Shown: positions 9,569 to 18,565 of the stretch, piece after piece
How the letters are laid out: every line of letters begins with the position of its first letter
Position numbering within the stretch: the first letter of the stretch is position 1
Assembly (NCBI GenBank): GCA_050301755.1
Contig: JBNKZS010000002.1
Location: 8,534 to 72,533, forward strand
Length of the DNA: 64,000 bases
Source of the DNA: Mariprofundaceae bacterium
GTDB lineage: Bacteria > Pseudomonadota > Zetaproteobacteria > Mariprofundales > Mariprofundaceae
Direction: 5' to 3'
The notes under the pieces: generated by a model
Told to the model about the DNA's origin: nothing
Databases searched by the model: none
What the model saw: only the letters and a program-made list of their open reading frames with translations
Made by a program: the position numbers and the translations under genes

Positions 9569-10000
9569 ATGAGTAACCGCTCCCGAAACCTGGGACTGCT
9601 AGTCAAAGCTGTGCATACAGCTGAGCTGAATCTGTCTGTCATACTCAGCCGTTCATTAGCCCCGATAGGCATTAACCGCTCTCAACTCTCTGTCCTCGCC
9701 CGTTTTTCAGTTCAACCCAATAAGAGCCAGACCATTACATCATTGGTTGCAGGTGTGGATATGAACCAGCCGGCTGTTACCAAGATTGTCACGGTGCTGA
9801 TCGAAAGAGGCTGGCTCATTACCGAGACCGATACGACAGATGCTCGCAAGAAGTCTCTGAAAATCACACCCGAGGGACTGGGAACGGTAATCAAGGCCTA
9901 TGGACTGTTAACACCGGCTATTGATGATGCTTGCGAGGGATTAAGTGATGAAGAGGTTAGCCAGCTTCAGGTTTTACTGGGCCGCCTTAATTCCGGTTAA
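9569..10000 (+). CDS. MarR-family transcriptional regulator
   Basis: 143 aa with a winged-helix region typical of MarR (QLSVLARF, ITSLVAGVDMNQPAVTKIVTVLIERGWL, DARKKSLKITPEG). Confidence 0.85.
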   Translation: MSNRSRNLGLLVKAVHTAELNLSVILSRSLAPIGINRSQLSVLARFSVQPNKSQTITSLVAGVDMNQPAVTKIVTVLIERGWLITETDTTDARKKSLKITPEGLGTVIKAYGLLTPAIDDACEGLSDEEVSQLQVLLGRLNSG

Positions 10001-10142
10001 CTGCTACGGGTGAATGGCAGCCCATGCTCCATATTTTAGCAACCTGGAGAGAAGCACGATCAACAGGCTGAAGAGTCCGGCCACTAAAATCAGATGAAAG
10101 TGTAGCAAAAAGCGGATCATCCTCTGCTATGCTCTGCAACAT

Positions 10143-10946
10143 ATGTTTGATCTAGGTTATGAGATGATTCTGTACGGTTTTGCCATAGGTGTATTGGCCG
10201 GAGCTATTGCGGGAACCCTGGCAGGAGTGGCCGGAATCGGCGGCGGTTTGATCTACGTGCCGGTTTTTTATCTGACGATTCCGGGTGATCAGGAGAATCT
10301 ATCCATTCACATCATGGCGAGCCTTGTCGCGGTGGCTTTAACCGGGTATTTCTCGGCTCGTGCGCACTGGCGACTCGGCCATTTACACAGGCCGGCATTC
10401 AGGCTGCTGTTGCCAGGCCTGATTATCGGAGCAGTCCTTGGTTTATGGAGTACGCTAAAAATACCGGAGGCGATCATTCTGTTCTCAATGGCACTGCTGG
10501 ATGCATGGATCGCATGGGATTACGGACGAGAACAAACGGTCAAGAGGGATATGCCGCTTGCTTTTCTGTCCGGGCCCATTGGATACATCTCCGGTGCATT
10601 GGGTATCGGCGGCGGAACCATGCTGGTTCCCGTTATGAGGCGGTCGCTGGCACTAAGGGAAGCGGTCGGTACGTCGGCCGCATGCGGAATGGTGATGGCT
10701 TTGGCAGCAGTGATCGTGAATCTGTTGATGGAGTCTGCTTGGATTGAACTGATAAGCGGACAGCTTCATTTTATCATAGCAGCGTTGACCGGAATAGGAG
10801 TTATTATTCCTAAGACATCAGGGTGGTCTGCCAGACTGCATGCGTTGCTACAGGAGCAGGTGATGCAGCGGGTATTGAAGGGAGTGTTTACGGTGCTGTC
10901 GATATCGCTCTTTATTGCAGGAGTGCTATCGATTCAATCGCTTTAA
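10143..10946 (+). CDS. TauE/SafE-family anion exporter-like membrane protein
   Basis: 267 aa and polytopic. It carries the duplicated Gly-rich segments GIGGGLIYVP and GIGGGTMLVP. Confidence 0.8.
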   Translation: MFDLGYEMILYGFAIGVLAGAIAGTLAGVAGIGGGLIYVPVFYLTIPGDQENLSIHIMASLVAVALTGYFSARAHWRLGHLHRPAFRLLLPGLIIGAVLGLWSTLKIPEAIILFSMALLDAWIAWDYGREQTVKRDMPLAFLSGPIGYISGALGIGGGTMLVPVMRRSLALREAVGTSAACGMVMALAAVIVNLLMESAWIELISGQLHFIIAALTGIGVIIPKTSGWSARLHALLQEQVMQRVLKGVFTVLSISLFIAGVLSIQSL

Positions 10947-12046
10947 GCCAGAGGGCTACCGGGCCGTTGCCACGGAATCTTATCTCTGGACTCGATAGCC
11001 ACACGCATAACAATCCCGAGAGCTGCCAACATGGTGACAAGAGCCGAGCCGCCATAACTGATGAAGGGAAGCGGAACTCCCACGACCGGCAACATACCGG
11101 AAACCATGCCGATATTGACGAAGATGTAGAGCATAAAAATCGAGGCGATGCCAAGGCAGAGAAGCGAGCCGAAACGGGAGTGTGCACGCGATGCAATGAC
11201 AAGGATGCGCGAAACAAGCACGGCATAGAGTGCAAGAAGAATCAGTACGGCAACCAGCCCCCCCTCTTCAGCCAGCACGGCAAAGATAAAGTCGGTATGC
11301 TGTTCGGGAAGAAAGTGAAGTCGGGCCTGGGTGCCTTCAAGAAAGCCCTTGCCGAACAGGCCGCCCGAGCCGATGGCAATACCTGATTGGATCACATGGT
11401 ACCCTGCTCCAAGGGGATCCGATTGCGGATCCAGAAAACTGATAACGCGGGTTTTCTGATAATCGTGCATATTGCTCCATAAGAGATAGAGGCAAACCGG
11501 ACTGACAGCCAATGCTGAAAACACCCAGCGCCAGCGGATGCCGGAAGCGAGAAGCATCGATGCGGCAGCAAGCAGCAAGACAAGCGCCGTACCAAGATCG
11601 GGCTGGATCACAATCAACGCAGCCGGAACAACGGCCATCACCGCTGAAACAGAGAAATTGGTCAAATTCGATGGCTCACGCGATGCAAACCAGTGAGCCA
11701 TCAACATAACCAGCGCCCATTTCATCAGTTCGGAGGGTTGCAGGTAGATAAAGCCGAGATTTAACCAGCGTCTGGCCCCCATCTGCACATCACCAATCAT
11801 CGGAATTAGCAGGAGACAGATCAGGGCGAAAAGATAGAGAGGCCAGGTCATCAAGCCAAGCATGCGCAGAGGAACAAAGCAGATGCTTAAAAAAATCACC
11901 AAACCAACAAGCCAGAAGAGGTTCTGTTTCTGCCAGATAGTGATATCACCATGATGAACGGCTGCATAAAGTGTAAAGGTGCCGAGAATTGCCAGGGAGA
12001 AGAGGCCAAAGAGCAGAATCGCATCCATCTTAAAAAGCGTATTCAT
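10943..12046 (-). CDS. rodA: Rod shape-determining SEDS protein RodA
   Basis: 367-aa FtsW/RodA-type polytopic protein. It overlaps the mrdA stop by 4 nt. Confidence 0.93.
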   Translation of the reverse strand: MNTLFKMDAILLFGLFSLAILGTFTLYAAVHHGDITIWQKQNLFWLVGLVIFLSICFVPLRMLGLMTWPLYLFALICLLLIPMIGDVQMGARRWLNLGFIYLQPSELMKWALVMLMAHWFASREPSNLTNFSVSAVMAVVPAALIVIQPDLGTALVLLLAAASMLLASGIRWRWVFSALAVSPVCLYLLWSNMHDYQKTRVISFLDPQSDPLGAGYHVIQSGIAIGSGGLFGKGFLEGTQARLHFLPEQHTDFIFAVLAEEGGLVAVLILLALYAVLVSRILVIASRAHSRFGSLLCLGIASIFMLYIFVNIGMVSGMLPVVGVPLPFISYGGSALVTMLAALGIVMRVAIESRDKIPWQRPGSPLA

Positions 12047-13869
12047 GGCGCTTCACTCTCCTTTGCTTTTGTCGCCATCTCCAATTCCGCCTCTTTTTTT
12101 GCCAGTTGCTTCACAATGGCTGCCGCTACGGGGGCAGCATCACTTCCTCCGTGACCGCCGTGTTCGACAAAGATCGCAAAGGCTACCTTGGGGTTATCAT
12201 AGGGAGCATAGCCCATAAACCAGGCATGATCCTTGTGGCGATCAAGTTCAGGTACTTTATTTTCCTCTTCCTCATCATCCTGAGCCATGGCAATGACCTG
12301 AGCCGTACCGGTTTTGCCCGCAATAGGCCATTTAGCCCAGTTCAATGACCAGTGAGCCGTACCTTTTGGTTCAGCAATGACATCCCGCATGGCCCGGCGA
12401 ATTTTGGAGAGGTGTTCCGGATCAACATCTATGTTTCGCACCAGCACAGGATCGCTGTTGGCAAGGAGGGTGGGCGTTAATACTTTACCTCCATTCGCGA
12501 TGGCTGCAGCAAAGCGGGCCATTTGCAAAGGCGTTACGGTCGTTGAGCCCTGACCGATGGCGGTAATCATGGTTTCACCACGGTACCATGAGCGTATCTT
12601 TCCGCTCTTCAACTGTTGTTCCGGGGAAGGTAATGCCCCGCGTGCTTCTGGCGTAAGAATAATTCCGGTCTGCTCACCAAAGCCCCAGAGCCGCGCCTCT
12701 TCTGTGAGTCGCTGCATGCCTAACTGGTCGCCCAGTTCATAAAAGTAGACGTCACACGAGCGGACAATACTCTTATGAAGAGTGACATGGTCGTGCCCTT
12801 CTCGACGCCAGCAGCGAAGATTCCTGTCAGCCAGCTCGAGATAGCCGGGGCAATTGGTACTGCCCGTTGCAAGTGGTTCGTGGTGACGCAAACCGGCCAG
12901 GCCGGTGATAATCTTAAGCGTTGATGCGGGTGGATAGGCAGCCTGTGTTGTACGGTTAAGAAGAGGTTTGCGGAAGTCGTTGAGCCATGACTGCCACTTT
13001 TCATGTTCAAGGCCGGTAATGAAGTGATTGGTATTAAAACCCGGCTGACTGAGAAGCGTCAGCAGTTCGCCGCTATGTACGTCCATGACCACGACGGCGC
13101 CCGTACGTTTTCCAAGCGCCCTGGAAGCGGCCTGTTGTAATTCGACATCTATACTGAGTGTGACATCCCTGCCGATTTCTGGAGGGGTCTGTTTTAGAAC
13201 GGCTACACGACGACCTTTGGCATCAATCTCCTCCTGTTGCGAACCCGGCTTTCCGTGCAGAACTTTTTCGTAGACCTTTTCCAGCCCGCTTCTCCCGACA
13301 TTTTCAGTGCGTAGATAGCCAGCCTGTAAATCTTTCGGTCCGGCCAGCGACAGGTAACCGATTACATGGGAAGTTAACTGATCATAGGGGTAGTAACGAT
13401 GGGTGCCGGCGAGCACATCCACTCCGGAGAGGTGATGCAGTCGAGCTGTAATCGGAGCCACATCACTCCAGGGAAGCTTATCGGCCAGTAGAACCGGCCG
13501 GTCACTTCTAGCCTTGTCAATGCGCTTGCGGATATGTGCAAGTTGCGAATCGGGCCACTGCATAAGCTGTTGAAGTGTGGTGAGTGTCGCATCGATATTT
13601 TCGATTCGTTCGGGAATGACCTGAATCTTGTAGGAGATATGGTTGAGGGCCAGACCAATACCATTGCGATCCGTGATAATGCCACGGGTCGGAAGTACGG
13701 GAACAATGTTGATGCGGTTCTTGTTAGCTTGCAGCAGCAGGCCTTCATGTTCGTAAAGCTGCAGATCAACCAGGCGGATGAAAAGCAGCAGCAACAGAAT
13801 CGCCATGGTGATTTGAAAGAGAAGCATGCGCCCATCAAAGCGCTGTCTTACATCAATGTGATTTTGCAT
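12043..13869 (-). CDS. mrdA: Penicillin-binding protein 2 (elongasome transpeptidase)
   Basis: Transpeptidase motifs STLK and KTGTAQ. The longest ORF starts at GTG 13902. ATG 13869 (MQNHIDVRQRF...) gives an N-terminus of typical PBP2 length. Confidence 0.92.
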   Translation of the reverse strand: MQNHIDVRQRFDGRMLLFQITMAILLLLLFIRLVDLQLYEHEGLLLQANKNRINIVPVLPTRGIITDRNGIGLALNHISYKIQVIPERIENIDATLTTLQQLMQWPDSQLAHIRKRIDKARSDRPVLLADKLPWSDVAPITARLHHLSGVDVLAGTHRYYPYDQLTSHVIGYLSLAGPKDLQAGYLRTENVGRSGLEKVYEKVLHGKPGSQQEEIDAKGRRVAVLKQTPPEIGRDVTLSIDVELQQAASRALGKRTGAVVVMDVHSGELLTLLSQPGFNTNHFITGLEHEKWQSWLNDFRKPLLNRTTQAAYPPASTLKIITGLAGLRHHEPLATGSTNCPGYLELADRNLRCWRREGHDHVTLHKSIVRSCDVYFYELGDQLGMQRLTEEARLWGFGEQTGIILTPEARGALPSPEQQLKSGKIRSWYRGETMITAIGQGSTTVTPLQMARFAAAIANGGKVLTPTLLANSDPVLVRNIDVDPEHLSKIRRAMRDVIAEPKGTAHWSLNWAKWPIAGKTGTAQVIAMAQDDEEEENKVPELDRHKDHAWFMGYAPYDNPKVAFAIFVEHGGHGGSDAAPVAAAIVKQLAKKEAELEMATKAKESEAP

Positions 13870-14257
13870 AGCTTCGGGCAAGAAAGTGCCAGACAAAAAC
13901 ACAGAGGCATATGGTCAGAATCCACTGTGGAATCGACCAGCCTGACCAGAGCAGCGGAGCCAGTCCCAACAACATCAGAAGCAGTCGCTGAGGCAAGCCG
14001 GCTCCGAGGCGGGCATCGAAACGGGTAAGAAGAAACGGTAAAATAGCAATCACAGGAAGGCAGACCAGAGATGACCAGTGCAGGGCGAGGTCGTGAATCC
14101 AGAATCCTGGCAGGACCCATGGCCAGTTTCCACGCTGTGCAAGCACCGATGCCAACAGAAACGCCGCACTCCAGTCCGGTTGCAGCACAAGGCCTGCCAG
14201 ACTGAGATTGAGCATGATGCCGAGCAGTGACATCAGTAAAATAGATGGGGGAATCAT
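13853..14257 (-). CDS. mreD: Rod shape-determining protein MreD
   Basis: 134-aa polytopic protein in the canonical position between mreC and mrdA. Confidence 0.8.
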   Translation of the reverse strand: MIPPSILLMSLLGIMLNLSLAGLVLQPDWSAAFLLASVLAQRGNWPWVLPGFWIHDLALHWSSLVCLPVIAILPFLLTRFDARLGAGLPQRLLLMLLGLAPLLWSGWSIPQWILTICLCVFVWHFLARSYAKSH

Positions 14258-15048
14258 TCGGCGGCTTTATCGACGGCAGAGGCGATGGCTAGCCAACTCT
14301 CCCTTTTCCAGTGGGCAACCGGAACCGCATCGACCTGAGCGAAAATCTGGCCCGCGACAGGCCTGACCCGGGTAACTCGAGCTACAGGAAGACCTGGCGG
14401 AAAAATGCCGCCGGCACCACTTGTCTGCAAGACATCCCCGACGTGAGGCGTCTCTTCAATGGGAACAAAATCAACTGAAAGGCGATCTCCTTCACCACGG
14501 ACAAGGGCTGCCAGCGAACTGCCCGGCATGGTTACGGGGACGGCAATCGAGGCATCAAGAATAGTTCGAACCACGGCCGACCCAGTTTTAGCCTGAGCGA
14601 CCAGGCCGACAACACCACCGCTGGAGACCACCACATCATCCATTTTGGCTTGATGCACAAGCAGGATCAGTCGCTGGCTCATTTTATCGGGACTGCGCCC
14701 CTGTACTTTCGCGGCGTGCCAGTGATAACCCTGGAGTTGCTGGATGCTTAGAAGCGAACGAAGCTGCCTGTTCTCTTCCCGGAGGCTGGTGACCTCCTGA
14801 ATCAGGGAAGACTGTTTTTCCAGTTGAAGCGCGGCCTGCTGATAGTCAGCTTGAAGTTGCCGGTTATCGTCAAACCAGAGGCTGAACCCCTGCCACCATC
14901 GGCCCGGAGCCTGCAGGGCTGACATCAAGGGCGCCATGCCGAGATTGAGGCGTTGGCCAACAGGGAGCTGTGTCAGGGTAACGAGAAGAGCCAGTAGCAG
15001 GCCGAGCCATGCCAGGAGTCGTAGTGACGAACCTCTTTTCGACACCAA
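14254..15048 (-). CDS. mreC: Rod shape-determining protein MreC
   Basis: 264 aa with an N-terminal TM segment, a coiled-coil region (LQLEKQSSLIQEVTSLREENRQL) and a C-terminal beta domain. Abuts mreB. Confidence 0.9.
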   Translation of the reverse strand: MVSKRGSSLRLLAWLGLLLALLVTLTQLPVGQRLNLGMAPLMSALQAPGRWWQGFSLWFDDNRQLQADYQQAALQLEKQSSLIQEVTSLREENRQLRSLLSIQQLQGYHWHAAKVQGRSPDKMSQRLILLVHQAKMDDVVVSSGGVVGLVAQAKTGSAVVRTILDASIAVPVTMPGSSLAALVRGEGDRLSVDFVPIEETPHVGDVLQTSGAGGIFPPGLPVARVTRVRPVAGQIFAQVDAVPVAHWKRESWLAIASAVDKAAE

Positions 15049-16092
<1,044 letters not shown>

Positions 16093-16207
16093 TTACCTGA
16101 ACGTTGAAAGACTTAGTTCGCGAGCATAGTTGTAGGATACCTTCAGGTAAAGAGAACAACTATGTTTATTATGGTTATGAGGGCGATACAAACTTATTGA
16201 ACAGGGA

Positions 16208-16315
16208 TCAAGCGCTGATGGTAGATGCGATTAACAGACAGGCCAAGGCGATCACCAGATAGGCTTTGAATGTCAGTTTTGAGTAGCGGTGTGGCGTCGA
16301 ATAAGTTGCGTACAT
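16208..16315 (-). CDS. Candidate 35-aa single-pass membrane protein
   Basis: ATG at 16315 is preceded by AAGGAGA with a 5-nt spacer. The product is MYATYSTPHRYSKLTFKAYLVIALACLLIASTISA, with a hydrophobic C-terminal half. I recognise no family. Confidence 0.35.
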   Translation of the reverse strand: MYATYSTPHRYSKLTFKAYLVIALACLLIASTISA

Positions 16316-16376
16316 GGGTATCTCCTTCAAGCAGGAGCAACGATAGAAGCGGGTGGAGTGGAAAATGTGTTTCAGG

Positions 16377-16808
16377 TCACGATGGAAACGATTGTCCCAA
16401 TAGATGCAGTTGAATCCGACGACGCATGGCGTGTTGTCTGTGTTCGTACAGATAGACACCCTGCCAGATACCGAGCGCCAATCGTCCACCGCTTACCGGG
16501 ACATTCAGAGAGACCTGAGTGAGTGCCATGCGAATGTGTGCAGGCATATCATCCGGCCCTTCAGCACGGTGGCGAAACATCGGGTCGCCATCAGGGACGA
16601 GTTTTGTGAAAAAGGCCTCCATGTCACGAAGCACATCGGGATCGGCATTCTCCTGAATGATCAGTGAACAACTGGTGTGTTGGAGAAAGAGATTTAGCAT
16701 GCCTGTCTCAATACCGCTTTCTGAAACCCACTTCTGAATCTCACCGGTGATGTTGGTGAAGCCACGGCCTTGATTATGAATGGACATGTTATGCTGTAGT
16801 TGTTTCAT
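16377..16808 (-). CDS. YjbQ/UPF0047 family protein (secondary thiamine-phosphate synthase-like)
   Basis: 143 aa with the family-typical layout (FTNITGEI..., HTSCSLIIQENADPDV, DDMPAHI). Confidence 0.85.
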   Translation of the reverse strand: MKQLQHNMSIHNQGRGFTNITGEIQKWVSESGIETGMLNLFLQHTSCSLIIQENADPDVLRDMEAFFTKLVPDGDPMFRHRAEGPDDMPAHIRMALTQVSLNVPVSGGRLALGIWQGVYLYEHRQHAMRRRIQLHLLGQSFPS

Positions 16809-17563
16809 GATACCTCCAGCCAGACCGGCGCATGATCCGAGGGACGCTCTTTGCCGCGTTCATCTGCATGTACGCCCCCCCCTTTCAATATCAGCGAATC
16901 CGTGGTCAACAGATGGTCGATACGGATTCCCCAGCCACGGCGGAATGCATTCATCCGATAGTCCCACCAGCTGTGCATCGGCTCCTCCGGGTGCAGGGCA
17001 CGTATGGAATCGGTCAGCCCCAAGGCGAGAAACGATTGATACATCTCCCGTTCACGATCCGAGCACATGATCTTTCCCTGCCAGCGCCCGGGGTTATGTA
17101 CATCGATGTCTGCCGGAGCGATATTGAAATCCCCAAGCACGACCAGTTTCTCATATGTCTCGAGTTGTACGGAAAGGTATTCTCGAAAGGCATGCAGCCA
17201 GCGGAACTTATAGTCGTACTTCTCCGAGCCTACCTCCTGCCCATTGGGAATATAGATGTTAACAATCCGAATTCCATCAATGGTTGCAGCCAGCACTCGT
17301 CGCTGCGGATCATCAAAGGCGGACATCTCCGTTTCGATTCCGCTAGCAGGGGTTTTGCTGACAATGGCAACACCGTTATAGGTCTTTTGCCCGGAAAAAC
17401 AGACCTCGTATCCGGCAGCCTCGATTTCCCCTTTTGGGAACTTCTCGTCCGGCAGTTTGGTCTCCTGCAGGGCCACAATGTCCGGTTGATGTTTGTTCAG
17501 ATATTCGAGCAGGTGGGGCAAGCGAACGTTGAGGGAGTTAACATTCCAGGTCACGATCTTCAT
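16805..17563 (-). CDS. xthA: Exodeoxyribonuclease III
   Basis: 252 aa starting MKIVTWNVNSL and ending with SDHAPV. ExoIII/AP-endonuclease family. Confidence 0.93.
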   Translation of the reverse strand: MKIVTWNVNSLNVRLPHLLEYLNKHQPDIVALQETKLPDEKFPKGEIEAAGYEVCFSGQKTYNGVAIVSKTPASGIETEMSAFDDPQRRVLAATIDGIRIVNIYIPNGQEVGSEKYDYKFRWLHAFREYLSVQLETYEKLVVLGDFNIAPADIDVHNPGRWQGKIMCSDREREMYQSFLALGLTDSIRALHPEEPMHSWWDYRMNAFRRGWGIRIDHLLTTDSLILKGGGVHADERGKERPSDHAPVWLEVS

Positions 17564-17679
17564 GCGAGGATCATGAAGTAATCAGCTCATATACACAACA
17601 TGTAGTTTATGGGTTTAAGTTAAACCATATATGTGCGATAATTAACCTTGAGGCGTTTGAAACATAGAGGAGGCTAACG

Positions 17680-17895
17680 ATGAACCCATTTAGGGCAAAG
17701 CGTGTTGCCGACCAGTTCGCGACAGTCGGCACATTTCAAGTGACCAGCAAGCTCTATGGTGTTGTTGTGAGTTATCGTGGGTATCAGGCCTATTTCGATG
17801 AGGAGTCGAAACTATGGCCCTACATGTTCCACATTGCTCATGCCGAACATCAGGAGGCAGCAGTGGCTGAGGTAGAAGCGAAGCTTTTCGCCTGA
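17680..17895 (+). CDS. Hypothetical 71-aa protein (paralog A)
   Basis: GAGGAGG Shine-Dalgarno sequence 6 nt upstream of the ATG. It aligns without gaps to the ORF at 18292, with 29 of 71 residues identical. Confidence 0.55.
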   Translation: MNPFRAKRVADQFATVGTFQVTSKLYGVVVSYRGYQAYFDEESKLWPYMFHIAHAEHQEAAVAEVEAKLFA

Positions 17896-17976
17896 TCCGA
17901 AAGCGCACAGGGTAATTTTTCACATTTCTTTCCGTTCAACCCGGGCTAGCTTCTTTTGCCTGAAAGGAGAGCGGCT

Positions 17977-18195
17977 ATGAAATCAATCTGGATACTATCA
18001 ACGATCACATTGTTGGCGTTGAGCAGCTGCGGTGACACTGTCGACAGCCTGGCCGAAGATTCCGAGCGTCGGAATCAGATTCTGAAGGCTTGTGCCGATA
18101 TGGGAGCGGCCTCTCAGGATGATGAACTCTGCCGTATGGCAGCCAGAGCTCAGGTTGAGGCTGCCAAGCGCTCTATTAAGGGAGCGTTTGAGTGA
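17977..18195 (+). CDS. Small lipoprotein (72 aa)
   Basis: AAGGAGAG precedes ATG 17977. It has a signal peptide with lipobox LLALSS-C. The mature part contains two further Cys (ILKAC...DELC). It is loosely reminiscent of EexN/TrbK-type small lipoproteins. Confidence 0.6.
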   Translation: MKSIWILSTITLLALSSCGDTVDSLAEDSERRNQILKACADMGAASQDDELCRMAARAQVEAAKRSIKGAFE

Positions 18196-18291
18196 ACAAT
18201 ATAATTTGAGAGGATCCAGGTGAGTCGCATCACATCATGTTGTTGATGAGTCATGAAGAGTGACAGCACATCACAACAGAGGAGACGCCCT

Positions 18292-18507
18292 ATGAATCTG
18301 TTCCGTGCCAAAAAAATTGCCGAGGCCTTTTCTCAAGTAGGCGGTTTTAGCGTAGAAAACAGTTTCGGTGCTTTGAGTGTCGAATACTTGGGCCATAAGG
18401 CCTGTTTCTTTCAGGAAGACAACTTCTGGTCATTTATTTTCAATGTTGCCCGTGCCAGCCATGAAGAGGGGCCGGTTGCAAGAATCGAGTCCCAACTGAC
18501 CGCTTAA
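18292..18507 (+). CDS. Hypothetical 71-aa protein (paralog B)
   Basis: The internal ATG of ORF 18253-18507 is preceded by AGGAGA. This start gives a 71-aa product colinear with the ORF at 17680. Confidence 0.55.
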   Translation: MNLFRAKKIAEAFSQVGGFSVENSFGALSVEYLGHKACFFQEDNFWSFIFNVARASHEEGPVARIESQLTA

Positions 18508-18529
18508 TAGCCAACCGGCACCACACTTA

Positions 18530-18565
18530 AGCCCGGCACTTTCCATGGAAGGCCGGGCTTTTTTA
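18530..18565 (+). terminator. Rho-independent terminator
   Basis: AGCCCGGC...GCCGGGCT stem, with an inner TTCCATGGAA palindrome, followed by TTTTTT. It sits between the convergent paralog B and kinase genes. Confidence 0.6.

Noticed and set aside
10943-10946. Convergent genes sharing or abutting stop codons: TauE-like/rodA overlap in TTAA, and purN/galU abut at 1917/1918.
   Set aside because: These are real in the sequence, but they are most simply a consequence of compact gene packing. I could not derive any specific regulatory meaning from them.
13877-13892. A sigma-54-like element, CTGGCAC-TTTC-TTGCC, on the minus strand just upstream of mrdA.
   Set aside because: The GG-to-GC spacing is one nucleotide short of the -24/-12 consensus. 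The element also ends only about 8 nt before ATG 13869, inside the mreD coding region, which is too close to leave room for a 5' UTR.
16832-17581. Long antisense ORFs of 170-250 aa opposite xthA. Similar cases are 57739-58428 opposite rhlB, 49277-49936 opposite bioB, 10823-11386 opposite rodA, 3317-4039 opposite amylosucrase and 2053-2703 opposite galU.
   Set aside because: Each is fully nested in a confidently identified gene on the opposite strand and has no family resemblance or Shine-Dalgarno sequence. I treated them as non-coding shadow frames.
17977-18195. The EexN/TrbK-like small lipoprotein as evidence for a conjugative element remnant.
   Set aside because: The similarity is only a loose pattern (lipobox plus two Cys). 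No relaxase, T4SS, integrase or partition genes occur anywhere in the window.
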